Source: an uncultured Blautia sp.
GTDB taxonomy: Bacteria; Bacillota; Clostridia; Lachnospirales; Lachnospiraceae
Length of the DNA: 64,000 bases
NCBI GenBank assembly: GCA_900547615.1
Contig: URHH01000001.1
Location: forward strand, 2,296-66,295
Direction of reading: 5' to 3'
Every line of letters starts with the position of its first letter. Within the stretch, counting starts at the first letter, position 1. Position numbers and translations under genes: made by a program. The notes under the pieces are model-generated. The model was not told the origin of the DNA, did no database searches, and saw nothing but the letters and a program-made list of their open reading frames with translations. Positions 1 through 8,690 of the stretch are shown here, in pieces.

Positions 1-465
1 ATTTCCGCCGGCCAGCATGCCCATTGTATTACACAGTACAGTCTCACTCGGGTTTGTACAAGGAGTAATTGCTCCGATTACGCCGAAAGGTCCCATCTCA
101 ATAAGGGTAAGACCTCTGTCGCCTGACCATGCTGTTGTTGTAATATCTTCTGTTCCAGGTGTCTTGTCTGCTACAAGATGATGTTTGAGGATTTTATCCC
201 CTACATTTCCCATACCCGTCTCATCAACACCCATACGCGCAAGAATTTCTGCATTCTCTTTGATTTTCTTTCGAATGCATGTAATAATTTTTTCTCTCTG
301 GTCCATGGACATTTTCTTAACGATAAGTTCAGATTTCTTTGCTGCCTCAATGGCCTCATTCATATCTTTGAAAACGCCATGTTTTCCGGAGGGAGCATCG
401 GCAATCTGCATTTTTGCCATGACTTCCTGTACAATTTCCTGTACCATGCTTTCATTGATTGGCAT
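1..465 (-). CDS. CoA-acylating (propion)aldehyde dehydrogenase, PduP/EutE family, N-terminal 155 codons (3' end lies beyond the window start)
   Basis: Minus-strand translation from ATG at 465-463 (RBS AAGGAGG 8 nt upstream) gives MPINESMVQEIVQEVMAKMQIADAPSG...ETGMGNVGDKILKHHLVADKTPGTEDITTTAWSGDRGLTLIEMGPFGVIGAITPCTNPSETVLCNTMGMLAGGN. The motifs ETGMGN, TPG-EDITTTA, PFGVIG, TNP-ET and MLAGGN are characteristic of PduP/EutE. The reading frame runs off position 1. It is absent from the ORF track because it is truncated. Confidence 0.85.
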   Translation of the reverse strand, partial: MPINESMVQEIVQEVMAKMQIADAPSGKHGVFKDMNEAIEAAKKSELIVKKMSMDQREKIITCIRKKIKENAEILARMGVDETGMGNVGDKILKHHLVADKTPGTEDITTTAWSGDRGLTLIEMGPFGVIGAITPCTNPSETVLCNTMGMLAGGN

Positions 466-505
466 GAAATTGTCCTCCTTCAAATTTTATATATATGCAG
501 CGGAA

Positions 506-1321
506 TTATTTTAATCCCAGCTGTGCCATCACCTGTTTTGTAATGTTTGCTACTAAATCTGCATCTGCTGTATCGCAGGAAGCTGTGCTGTTTTCTGTAT
601 ATGTACAGTGGCTTCCGCAGTTATGGCAGTTAAGTCCGTCTTTGTTTACGCAAAGATTTGCCGGATGTTTGCCCGGAAGACCCATTTTTCTTCTGATTTC
701 ATACAGTTTTTCAATCTGCTCTTTGTCGAATTCCTTCGGTCCGCCAAGCATTTTGGATTTGTAAAGAAGCTCTGCGTAGAATTCAAGAGATTCCATTTTC
801 ATGTATGCAGCCATAAGGTCTGTAGACCATGTAAGAGCACCGTGGTTCTCAAGAAGAACTGCATCAAAGTATGGAAGGTATTTTTCCAGATTGTCCGGAA
901 TTTCCACTGTAGAAGGTGTGCCGTATTCTGCGATCGGAACACATCCAAGAGCGATAACTGCCTCTGGCATGATCGGTGCAGAAAGCGGAATGCCTGCGAT
1001 TGCAAAGCTTGTTGCAAATGTAGGATGTGCATGAACAACAGAACCCACATCCGGTCTTTTCTCGTATACTCTCATATGCATTTTGATTTCAGATGAAGGA
1101 CGGAATCCCGGGTTAGCCTGGATCACATTACCCTGTGCATCTACTTTACAGATAAAGTCCGGAGTCATAAATCCTTTGGAAACTCCTGTAGGTGTGCAAA
1201 GGAATTCGTTGTCATTCAGTTTTACGGAGATATTTCCGTCATTTGCAGCCACCATGTTGCGGTTGTAGATTCTTCTTCCAACTTCACAGATCTGTTTTTT
1301 GATTTCATATTCGTTTACCAT
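506..1321 (-). CDS. class II aldolase/adducin-family protein (L-fuculose-1-phosphate aldolase-like) with a ~55-aa C-terminal extension
   Basis: 271-aa ORF. The core matches the class II aldolase fold (HAHP metal-binding region VVHAHPTFATSFA; ~215 aa). The extra C-terminal tail ...CDTADADLVANITKQVMAQLGLK ends in an amphipathic helix. RBS AAGGAGGAAG precedes the ATG. Confidence 0.75.
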   Translation of the reverse strand: MVNEYEIKKQICEVGRRIYNRNMVAANDGNISVKLNDNEFLCTPTGVSKGFMTPDFICKVDAQGNVIQANPGFRPSSEIKMHMRVYEKRPDVGSVVHAHPTFATSFAIAGIPLSAPIMPEAVIALGCVPIAEYGTPSTVEIPDNLEKYLPYFDAVLLENHGALTWSTDLMAAYMKMESLEFYAELLYKSKMLGGPKEFDKEQIEKLYEIRRKMGLPGKHPANLCVNKDGLNCHNCGSHCTYTENSTASCDTADADLVANITKQVMAQLGLK

Positions 1322-1367
1322 GCTTTCTTCCTCCTTGAGCGCATTTGGTTTAATTGTTTCTGATGTA

Positions 1368-1396
1368 ATTCTACATCATACCACAGGGAAAGTCAA
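1368..1396 (-). promoter_or_regulatory. candidate extended -10 promoter (TGgTATGAT) for the aldolase and aldehyde dehydrogenase genes
   Basis: Minus strand reads TTGACTttccctgtggTATGATgtagaat about 50 nt upstream of the aldolase ATG. The -35-like hexamer is only 10 nt from the -10, so only the extended -10 is credible. Confidence 0.3.
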
Positions 1397-1811
1397 GAAA
1401 TACTTGTTGTTTTCTGTTGTTTTCTCTGTGCATATTATGTTGTTTTTATTGTTTTTTATTGTGGTTTCTTGTTTCCTTGTTCCCAGGGCATCACATCGCC
1501 GTCCTCCCGGAGATATTCCAGGATTTCCGCCACCCCTTCCCAGGTTTTGAAATCCACAAAAAAATCTTTTTGCATCCTGCAAGCCTCAGCCATGATTCCG
1601 CCCTCTTCACCTTCGCATCCGGATGATTAATTTTTGTAACAATACCAACCACCTCTCTGTTTGCCATGCAGGTTATACACGGCGGAAAAAGACAATATGG
1701 CTCAATTGCCGAGACAATCAGTCCCACCACATCTGACTCATATGTATAAAGCGCCAGTGCATGTCCAAGTCCTTTGGTCTGAGCATACTATCCGTATATC
1801 CCATTTGCTTA

Positions 1812-2603
1812 TCACCCTCCTATCTGACAGTCAAGAGAAGAAACTCTCTCCACTGCTTTTTTCAGAGTATTCATATGCTCCGCTTCCGGTGGAAGAATTC
1901 CTTCCATATAATAGTCTCTTCCAAGTCCTTCATACTTATCCTGACCAAGCCTGTGATAAGGAAGCAGATGAATTTTATTGACTCCCGGAAGCGTCGCTGC
2001 AAACTGCGCAATTTCCTGTATTTCTTCTACGGTATCATTAAATGTAGGAATGACCGGAACACGAATCACAAGTTTCGTCTTGCCTGACAAAGCAATCCGC
2101 CTTGCATTTTCCAGCATCTGTTCATTAGAACGTCCGGTAAACTCCTTATGTTTCCCGGGATTCATGTGTTTTATATCCATCAGATAAGTATCCAGCCAGG
2201 GCAGTGCGTTTTCTATATCTTTCCAGGGGGCGCATCCCATGCTCTCTACCGCTGTAGAAATCCCCCTCTCCTTCGCTCCTCGCAAAAGTGCAGCTGTAAA
2301 TTCCGGCTGACAGAAACACTCTCCGCCGGAAAGTGTCATTCCTCCGCCTGAGCGATAATAGTACGCTCTGTCTTTTTCCACTTCCGTCAGAGCCTCCCTG
2401 ACTGTCACATCTCTGCCGATAATCTTGTCTTTCCCTTGAACCTTCATCGTTTCAATTTCATATTCCTGTGATTCCGGATTGCAACACCACCGGCATCTGA
2501 GCACACAGCCTTTTAAAAACACAATAGTCCGGATCCCCGGCCCGTCATGAATGGAATATCTCTGAATGTCAAATATTCTTCCTCTTTTTTCCAAATAATC
2601 CAT
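1812..2603 (-). CDS. glycyl-radical enzyme activating enzyme (radical SAM, PflA-like; no ferredoxin insert)
   Basis: 263 aa. N-terminal GPGIRTIVFLKGCVLRCRWCCNPES is the CxxxCxxC radical-SAM cluster motif in the GRE-activase context. It sits directly downstream of the GRE with a 9-nt gap. Confidence 0.9.
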   Translation of the reverse strand: MDYLEKRGRIFDIQRYSIHDGPGIRTIVFLKGCVLRCRWCCNPESQEYEIETMKVQGKDKIIGRDVTVREALTEVEKDRAYYYRSGGGMTLSGGECFCQPEFTAALLRGAKERGISTAVESMGCAPWKDIENALPWLDTYLMDIKHMNPGKHKEFTGRSNEQMLENARRIALSGKTKLVIRVPVIPTFNDTVEEIQEIAQFAATLPGVNKIHLLPYHRLGQDKYEGLGRDYYMEGILPPEAEHMNTLKKAVERVSSLDCQIGG

Positions 2604-2611
2604 ATTATCTC

Positions 2612-5137
2612 CTAAAATCCCTGCTCCGTCCTACGGATAATATCATCCTGAAGGGAACGGGAAAGAGTGGTAAACAACGCGCTGTATCCAGCCACACGGA
2701 CTACAAGGTGTTTGTATTTTTCCGGATACTTCTGTGCATCAAGAAGTGTATCTCTGTCCACTACATTAAACTGCATATGCATTCCCTTCTGGTCAAAATA
2801 AGAACGGATAAGCGCCACAAACTTTTCAAGCCCCTCTCTGCCTGACAGAGCAGACGGATGAAACTTCTGGTTAAATAAAGTTCCGTTCGATACAATAAAA
2901 TGATCCAGTCTGGAAACAGATGTAGCCGCTGCTGTAGGGCCGTTTACATCTTTTCCAGCGGACGGAGAAACTCCATCTGCCACCGGTGTGTGGGCATATC
3001 TTCCATCCGGAGTTGCACCGGTCTGTCCACCCAGAGGTACATTGGCAGAAACAGGATAAAGTCCCGCCTGGAACTGTCCTCCTCTTGGGTTTTTATAATT
3101 CTGAAGAGGTTTTGTATAAGTATAGGCCACATCCCTCGCAAAGTAGTCCACTTCCGGAATGTCATTTCCAAACTTCGGCACTTCTTCTATCATGTTATGG
3201 ATTTCTTCATAACGTTTCATTTTTTCTTCGCCGGGCTGTGCATTCATCACCGCTTTTAAAATAGAAGAAACTGTATTTTCATCTATTTTCTGTCCGGCAT
3301 CCTTCATTTTTCTCAAAACTGCTTCTGCAGTATCGCTTACCGACTGCTGATCCAGTCCTTTTCCAAAGTTCCATGCAAGAGCTTCTTTCATCTCTTCCAT
3401 AGTCACCTTCTTCTCTTCGTATACAAGCTTCCTTACCGCAAAAAGAGAATCTGCCATATTTGCAATTCCAAATCCCTGGGGACCTGTGAAATTATAAACA
3501 GCTCCACCTTCCTGAACAGACTTTCCGCGTTTCAGACAATCATCCACCATACAGGACAAAAATGGAAGCGGACATCTTTTTGCATGCGCCACATCAATGG
3601 CATTATCTGCATTTACAAGAAGAGAGATACAATATTCCATCTGTTTTTTATAAGCATTATAGAATTCCTCAAAAGAAGACATTTCTGTCACTTCCCCTGT
3701 AGGAACTCCCACCATTTCTCCTTTGTCTTCCCCATTTGCGAATACGAGCTCCAGAGGTCTGCACATATTGAAGAACGCAGCATCATGCCATCCTTCTGTT
3801 TTTCCTGCTTTCTGCGGTTCCACACAACCGATAATGTTATACTCTCTGGCATCTTCCAGGCTTAATCCTCTGTTCTGAAGGGAAGGAATAATCACTTCAT
3901 CATTATAATAAGCCGGAAGACCAATTCCCGTTCTCGTCAGTTCCGCCGCCTTAATAAGAAACTCATGGGGAGAGCCATTCCATACTCTTACTGAGAGAGA
4001 CGGCTGAGGAAGTCTTACATGCATAGAAGCCTGAATACACATAAAAGAAAGGTCATTTGTCACATCTTCTCCTTCCTTATTCTGGCCTCCTGCGATCAGA
4101 TTCTGGAAAAGACTGTATCCTGCGAAACCTTCTGCTGATACTGCATCTCTGCATTTATTCAGATCATTTAGTTTTACCCAGATGCAGTCCATAAGTTCCT
4201 GCGCAAACTCTCTTGAAATATTTCCATTTTCCATATCCTTTTTATAATAAGGATACATATATTGATCGAAACGTCCCGGAGAAATAGAATGTCCGCTGGA
4301 TTCCAACTGAATCAGCTGCTGAACAAACCAGAAGGACTGGCATGCTTCATAGAAATTCTGTGCTCCTTTGGCAGGAACACGGCTGCAGTTTTCGGCAATC
4401 CTAAGAAGCTCTTCTTTTCTCGCCGCATCTGTGCACTGCTCTGCCATCTCCTGTGCGAGAGTACTGTATCTCCGGGCATATTCTATTACAGCCTGACAAC
4501 TTAAAATCACTGCCTGCAGGAAATGAGAACGTTCCGCATAATCCCCGTCTCCTACATTGCATTCAGAAAGCTCCTGCTCCGCCTTTTTTATGATTCCCTC
4601 ATAACCGACAGCAAGAACCTCTTCATATTTTACAGTTACATGTCCTACACCATTATAGAAATAATTTCCCGGTGTAAAAATATTATGTTCAATTGCACGT
4701 ACTGCTTCCGGAGCCATATAAGAAAGCGCCAGCTCACTTGTTGTTTTTCCTTTCCAGTACTTATGCACTTCGCGAAGCTCCTCTTTTGTCTCCTCTGCAA
4801 TATAAAAAGGATCTGCGCTTCTTGTTTCCACTGTATCCAGCTCATCTTCCAGCCACTGATAAGAAAACTCCGGATATGTCTGGCATCCTCTTGGCGCCAG
4901 TGTAGAACTTCCCACAATCAGTTCGTCATCCCGGATAATAATCGGAATATGACGAAGAATATGGGCAAATGCTTTCGCCCTCCTTGTGATAATGGGTTCG
5001 TTTTCTGTTGCTTTGTAGGATTCTGTAAGAAGTTTTGCTCTTGCAGATTCAATCACAGGCATATGCTCATATAAATGATCTACAAGTCTTTGAATCCTCT
5101 CTGTTTTTGGAATATCAGATGTTTGAAATTTTTCCAT
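2612..5137 (-). CDS. glycyl radical enzyme, dehydratase/lyase clade (single catalytic Cys); likely B12-independent 1,2-propanediol dehydratase
   Basis: 841 aa. C-terminal glycyl-radical motif RVAGYSALF. Active-site loop NIIGCVEPQ has a single Cys plus Glu, not the PFL Cys-Cys pair. The context is an activase, a fuculose-phosphate-like aldolase and a PduP-like aldehyde dehydrogenase. The exact substrate (propanediol versus glycerol, choline or other) cannot be fixed from sequence alone. Confidence 0.85.
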   Translation of the reverse strand: MEKFQTSDIPKTERIQRLVDHLYEHMPVIESARAKLLTESYKATENEPIITRRAKAFAHILRHIPIIIRDDELIVGSSTLAPRGCQTYPEFSYQWLEDELDTVETRSADPFYIAEETKEELREVHKYWKGKTTSELALSYMAPEAVRAIEHNIFTPGNYFYNGVGHVTVKYEEVLAVGYEGIIKKAEQELSECNVGDGDYAERSHFLQAVILSCQAVIEYARRYSTLAQEMAEQCTDAARKEELLRIAENCSRVPAKGAQNFYEACQSFWFVQQLIQLESSGHSISPGRFDQYMYPYYKKDMENGNISREFAQELMDCIWVKLNDLNKCRDAVSAEGFAGYSLFQNLIAGGQNKEGEDVTNDLSFMCIQASMHVRLPQPSLSVRVWNGSPHEFLIKAAELTRTGIGLPAYYNDEVIIPSLQNRGLSLEDAREYNIIGCVEPQKAGKTEGWHDAAFFNMCRPLELVFANGEDKGEMVGVPTGEVTEMSSFEEFYNAYKKQMEYCISLLVNADNAIDVAHAKRCPLPFLSCMVDDCLKRGKSVQEGGAVYNFTGPQGFGIANMADSLFAVRKLVYEEKKVTMEEMKEALAWNFGKGLDQQSVSDTAEAVLRKMKDAGQKIDENTVSSILKAVMNAQPGEEKMKRYEEIHNMIEEVPKFGNDIPEVDYFARDVAYTYTKPLQNYKNPRGGQFQAGLYPVSANVPLGGQTGATPDGRYAHTPVADGVSPSAGKDVNGPTAAATSVSRLDHFIVSNGTLFNQKFHPSALSGREGLEKFVALIRSYFDQKGMHMQFNVVDRDTLLDAQKYPEKYKHLVVRVAGYSALFTTLSRSLQDDIIRRTEQGF

Positions 5138-5236
5138 GCTGCTCCTTTCTCATGACCAATGCGTATTGAAAAGCAACTCTTCTCCGCGCTTATCAGGCAG
5201 CTTTCCTCTTTATTCCGGTTCATGTCATATAATTTC

Positions 5237-5265
5237 ATTATACCCTTTTCTTTTTTTGATGTCAA
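5237..5265 (-). promoter_or_regulatory. sigma-A type promoter for the GRE operon (TTGACA-17-TATAAT on the minus strand)
   Basis: Minus strand reads TTGACAtcaaaaaaagaaaagggTATAAT. Both hexamers are perfect consensus with a 17-nt spacer. It lies ~95 nt upstream of the GRE ATG at 5137. Confidence 0.55.
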
Positions 5266-5290
5266 CAAAATCCAACACTTCTCCTTCTGC

Positions 5291-5328
5291 ATTTGTGTGG
5301 TTTTTTCCGGATTATTTGTGTGGTTTTT
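5291..5328. repeat. tandem direct repeat ATTTGTGTGGTTTTT x2 (23-nt register) in the divergent GRE/PHP intergenic region
   Basis: atttgtgtggtttttt at ~5291 and atttgtgtggttttt at ~5314. They lie 25-60 nt upstream of the GRE -35 element. Confidence 0.4.
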
Positions 5329-5426
5329 GTTTGTTTTTTCAAGAAACGTGTTTTTTCGTGTTGACAATATTTTTTCACTCTGTCATACTGAATATAACCA
5401 AATTCACCAAAGGAGGACATGAGCTT

Positions 5427-6140
5427 ATGTATCTTTCCGATATGCACACTCATTCCATCGCAAGCGGTCACGGAACGATTTGCACTATATCAGATATGGC
5501 AAAATCCGCCGAACAAAAAGGACTGAAACTTCTCGGAATCACCGACCACGGTCCCGCAACCCTCTGCGCCGGCACTCCATCCTATTTCAGAAGTCTCACC
5601 TTTTCTCCAAAAAAGCGCTTTCATGTGGAAATTTTATACGGTGTAGAATTAAATATACTTGACACAGAAGGAACCATAGACCTGGATGAAGAGCTTCTTT
5701 CCCGTCTTGATTATGCAATTGCAAGTATGCATGCCCAAAATTACAGAACCGGTACAAGAGAAGAAAACACAAAAGCATATATAAACGTTATGAAACATCC
5801 ATGTGTCAAAATCCTGGGACACTGCGACAATCCGCACTTCCCTGCCGATTATGAAGCTCTTGCCATTGCCGCAAAAAAAAGCGGAACTGCTTTTGAAATT
5901 AACGAAGCTTCTCTCGCCCCCTATGGATACCGGGGTAATACCAGAGAAAATAACAGAGAAATTCTTTACTGGGCGCGAAAATATGAAGTTCCCGTTCTTC
6001 TATCAAGCGACAGCCACGGGGCAGAGCATGTTGGAGATTTTACTTACGCAGAAGAATTTATTCATAACGAATTATTTCCGGAAGAACTGATTCTCAACAA
6101 TCAGCTTCCCAGACTAAAAGTATTTTTACAGACAAGATAA
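5427..6140 (+). CDS. PHP-domain (polymerase/histidinol-phosphatase family) metal-dependent phosphoesterase
   Basis: Start moved to the ATG at 5427 (MYLSDMHTHSIASGHG...) because RBS AAAGGAGGA lies 9 nt upstream. The 5' part of the listed ORF is antisense low-complexity sequence. His-rich PHP motifs are present: MHTHS, ITDHG and SSDSHG. Confidence 0.75.
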   Translation: MYLSDMHTHSIASGHGTICTISDMAKSAEQKGLKLLGITDHGPATLCAGTPSYFRSLTFSPKKRFHVEILYGVELNILDTEGTIDLDEELLSRLDYAIASMHAQNYRTGTREENTKAYINVMKHPCVKILGHCDNPHFPADYEALAIAAKKSGTAFEINEASLAPYGYRGNTRENNREILYWARKYEVPVLLSSDSHGAEHVGDFTYAEEFIHNELFPEELILNNQLPRLKVFLQTR

Positions 6141-6153
6141 GGAGATACCTGCC

Positions 6154-7530
6154 ATGAATCAGACAGAACATTCTATTTCTTCTGAGGAATCCCCTCTGGG
6201 AACTGCCCCTATCGGGCAGCTTTTAAAAAAATTTGCCATTCCCAGCATCATCAGTATGCTGGTGGGCGCACTTTATAATATCGTAGACCAGATTTTTATT
6301 GGACAAGGTGTGGGAATGCTGGGAAACGCAGCTACGAACGTGGCTTTTCCCCTTACGACCATCTCAACTGCCGTCTGTCTCCTTTTGGGAATAGGAGGCG
6401 CAGCAAATTATAATCTGGAGCTTGGCCGAAAAAACAAAGATAAAGCGAGAAACATTGCAGGCACAGCTTTTGGAAGCCTTATTATTTTCGGCATTTCTCT
6501 CTGCCTTCTGATCCGCTGCTTTTTAACCCCCCTTGTCATTGCCTGCGGAGCAACGGAACAGACTCTTCCATACTCCCTTTCCTATGTAGGAATTACCTCC
6601 CTGGGTTTTCCATTTTACATACTTGCAACAGGCGGAAATCATCTTGTGCGGGCAGACGGAAAACCAGCATACTCCATGTTTGCCACCTTATCAGGAGCTG
6701 TCATCAACACAGTTCTTGACCCTCTTTTTATTTTTGGTTTTGGATGGGGTATTGAAGGCGCAGCCTGGGCAACGGTAATCGGTCAGATTTTTTCTGCCTG
6801 CATGATTCTCTTTTACCTGCCGAAATATCAGGAACATTCTCTTACCTTACGTCACTTCATCCCAAAAGCAAGCTGTTTGCATGCCATTATTTCTCTTGGC
6901 TCTGCTTCCTTCTTAAATCAGCTCGCCATTACAGTTGTACAGATTCTTCTTAACAATACGCTCCGTCATTACGGCGCGGAATCTATTTATGGAAGTGACA
7001 TTCCCATTGCAGTGGCAGGAATTGTCTCAAAAGTAAATATGCTGTTCCTCTCGGTTGTTATCGGTATTTCTCAGGGAGCACAGCCTATTATCAGCTTTAA
7101 CTACGGCGCAGAAAATTTTGAGCGCGTAAAAAAAGCCTACCTGAAAGCAGCCGGAATTGCTTCTGCGGTAGCTTTTACAGGTTTTCTATGTTTCCAGATT
7201 TTTCCAAGACAGATTATCTCTGTTTTTGGAAGCGGCGACAAACTATATTATCAATTTGCCGTTAAGTTTTTCCGAATTTTCCTGTTCTGCACCTTCTTTA
7301 ACGGACTGCAGCCTGTAACTGCAAATTTTTTTACTTCCATCGGAAAAGCAACAAAAGGAATTTTTCTTTCTATGACAAGACAGATTATTTTTCTCATTCC
7401 TCTTGTTATCATCTTTCCTCTGTTCATGGGTGTGGAAGGAGTCATGTTCGCAGCCCCTATTGCAGACTGTGCCGCAGGGATACTTGCTATTCTGTTAGTA
7501 AAAAAAGAGTTCAAGAAAATGACGGTATAA
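6154..7530 (+). CDS. MATE-family multidrug/oligosaccharidyl-lipid efflux transporter
   Basis: 458 aa, about 12 predicted TM helices. Typical MATE N-terminus (...PIGQLLKKFAIPSIISMLVGALYNIVDQIFIGQGVG). Confidence 0.85.
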   Translation: MNQTEHSISSEESPLGTAPIGQLLKKFAIPSIISMLVGALYNIVDQIFIGQGVGMLGNAATNVAFPLTTISTAVCLLLGIGGAANYNLELGRKNKDKARNIAGTAFGSLIIFGISLCLLIRCFLTPLVIACGATEQTLPYSLSYVGITSLGFPFYILATGGNHLVRADGKPAYSMFATLSGAVINTVLDPLFIFGFGWGIEGAAWATVIGQIFSACMILFYLPKYQEHSLTLRHFIPKASCLHAIISLGSASFLNQLAITVVQILLNNTLRHYGAESIYGSDIPIAVAGIVSKVNMLFLSVVIGISQGAQPIISFNYGAENFERVKKAYLKAAGIASAVAFTGFLCFQIFPRQIISVFGSGDKLYYQFAVKFFRIFLFCTFFNGLQPVTANFFTSIGKATKGIFLSMTRQIIFLIPLVIIFPLFMGVEGVMFAAPIADCAAGILAILLVKKEFKKMTV

Positions 7531-7550
7531 ATACCACGTAATAAACACAA

Positions 7551-7573
7551 GAGCGCCGCAGCCTGCGGCGCTC
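7551..7573. terminator. GC-rich hairpin between convergent genes (gagcgccgcagcctgcggcgctc)
   Basis: 11-bp perfect stem. It lies between the MATE stop (+) and the Gfo/Idh/MocA stop (-), with a T-rich tract on the minus-strand side. Confidence 0.4.
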
Positions 7574-7591
7574 ACAGCCCCTTACAAATTT

Positions 7592-8674
7592 TCAGGTATT
7601 TGTCCAGCACATTTTCCGGGTAGAGACAGGCTGTTCTTTCTTAATTGCCTCATCCATAGACAAATAAAGATACGTATCCTGCAAAGCGTCCTTCAAGGAA
7701 TAAATTTCCTCTCCTCCGTCTGCATATCGTTTCATTCCGTCAAGAATCCCAGCCATAGCTATTTCGTCGTCACTGAGGCGCACACCTTCTTTCCAGTAAG
7801 GATTTTCATATACTGTTTTTCCGTTAAAATAAAGACTTCTCAATGTACAGCCTTCCAGATTTTCGAACTGCCCCGGCTCATCTCTCCCTATTCTGCCCAT
7901 AGTAGGAAGTCCGTCTTCTCCAAGATACGACAGCTCGAAATCATAGATTTCTCCCAATGTTCCCCTTACATTCATATGCCGCGTACGAAAGTAATTAAAA
8001 TACTGCTCGCCTGAAAAATCATAAAATCCTGTTTTTCCGCTTTCGAAAATAAAATCTCCCCGTTTTCTTCTGTCATGCACAATATTTTCTTTTCCGTTTC
8101 TGCGAAGCCCTTCCCTTCCGCAATGGTGCTGTACAGGAAAATCATATTGTCTTGCATAAATGGTACAATTTTCGAATCCCACATGAAGAACCTTCCGCAT
8201 AAGACTCACCGCATGATAATCATGCAGCATTCCCATAAACATATTGCTCACCTCTCCCAGACAGCCGCTTTCTATTATATTTAAAACAGCCTGATAATAC
8301 GGACGAAGATGACACTGCTCTGCTACTTGTATTTTTCCTTGATATTTTTCCTTGAGTTTCCAGCATTTTTCCAGTTCCTCCACCCCGTATCCAGGTGGCG
8401 TTTCCGATAAAACGGAAATCCCTTTTTCCATAAGCTTTTCAATATATGAAAGTACATTTTTCCCCGGAACAAGGACCATTACAAAATCATAATCCCTCTT
8501 TAAAAACTCCTCCAGATTCCTTTCTACTTTCCCCGGAAAATACATTTCCATCTCCTGTGCGCTTTTCTCTGAATGAGCCAGCACTGCTGAAACTTCCATT
8601 CTATGAGAAAAAAGCCGGATTACTTTCATGTAGCCTTGTGCTCTCCATCCTGTTCCAATTATCCCTATTTTCAC
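7592..8674 (-). CDS. Gfo/Idh/MocA-family NAD(P)-dependent oxidoreductase
   Basis: 360 aa. N-terminal Rossmann motif MKIGIIGTGWRAQGY. It is the last gene of the sugar-acid operon. Confidence 0.75.
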   Translation of the reverse strand: MKIGIIGTGWRAQGYMKVIRLFSHRMEVSAVLAHSEKSAQEMEMYFPGKVERNLEEFLKRDYDFVMVLVPGKNVLSYIEKLMEKGISVLSETPPGYGVEELEKCWKLKEKYQGKIQVAEQCHLRPYYQAVLNIIESGCLGEVSNMFMGMLHDYHAVSLMRKVLHVGFENCTIYARQYDFPVQHHCGREGLRRNGKENIVHDRRKRGDFIFESGKTGFYDFSGEQYFNYFRTRHMNVRGTLGEIYDFELSYLGEDGLPTMGRIGRDEPGQFENLEGCTLRSLYFNGKTVYENPYWKEGVRLSDDEIAMAGILDGMKRYADGGEEIYSLKDALQDTYLYLSMDEAIKKEQPVSTRKMCWTNT

Positions 8675-8690
8675 TTTAACACCTTCTTTT

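Noticed and set aside
1400-1490. Pyrimidine-rich tract tgttttctgttgttttctct...tgtttccttgttccc, considered as a repeat or CRISPR-like element
   Set aside because: It is irregular low-complexity sequence with no repeat-spacer periodicity. No CRISPR arrays were found anywhere in the window.
2612-5137. Calling the GRE a pyruvate formate-lyase
   Set aside because: The active-site loop has a single Cys followed by Glu (GCVEP) rather than the PFL Cys-Cys pair, and the neighbours are aldolase and aldehyde dehydrogenase genes rather than pfl-associated genes.
5136-5426. 5' 97 codons of the listed 334-aa ORF
   Set aside because: This part overlaps the GRE promoter and leader on the opposite strand and is hydrophobic low-complexity. 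A strong RBS precedes the internal ATG at 5427, where the PHP domain begins.
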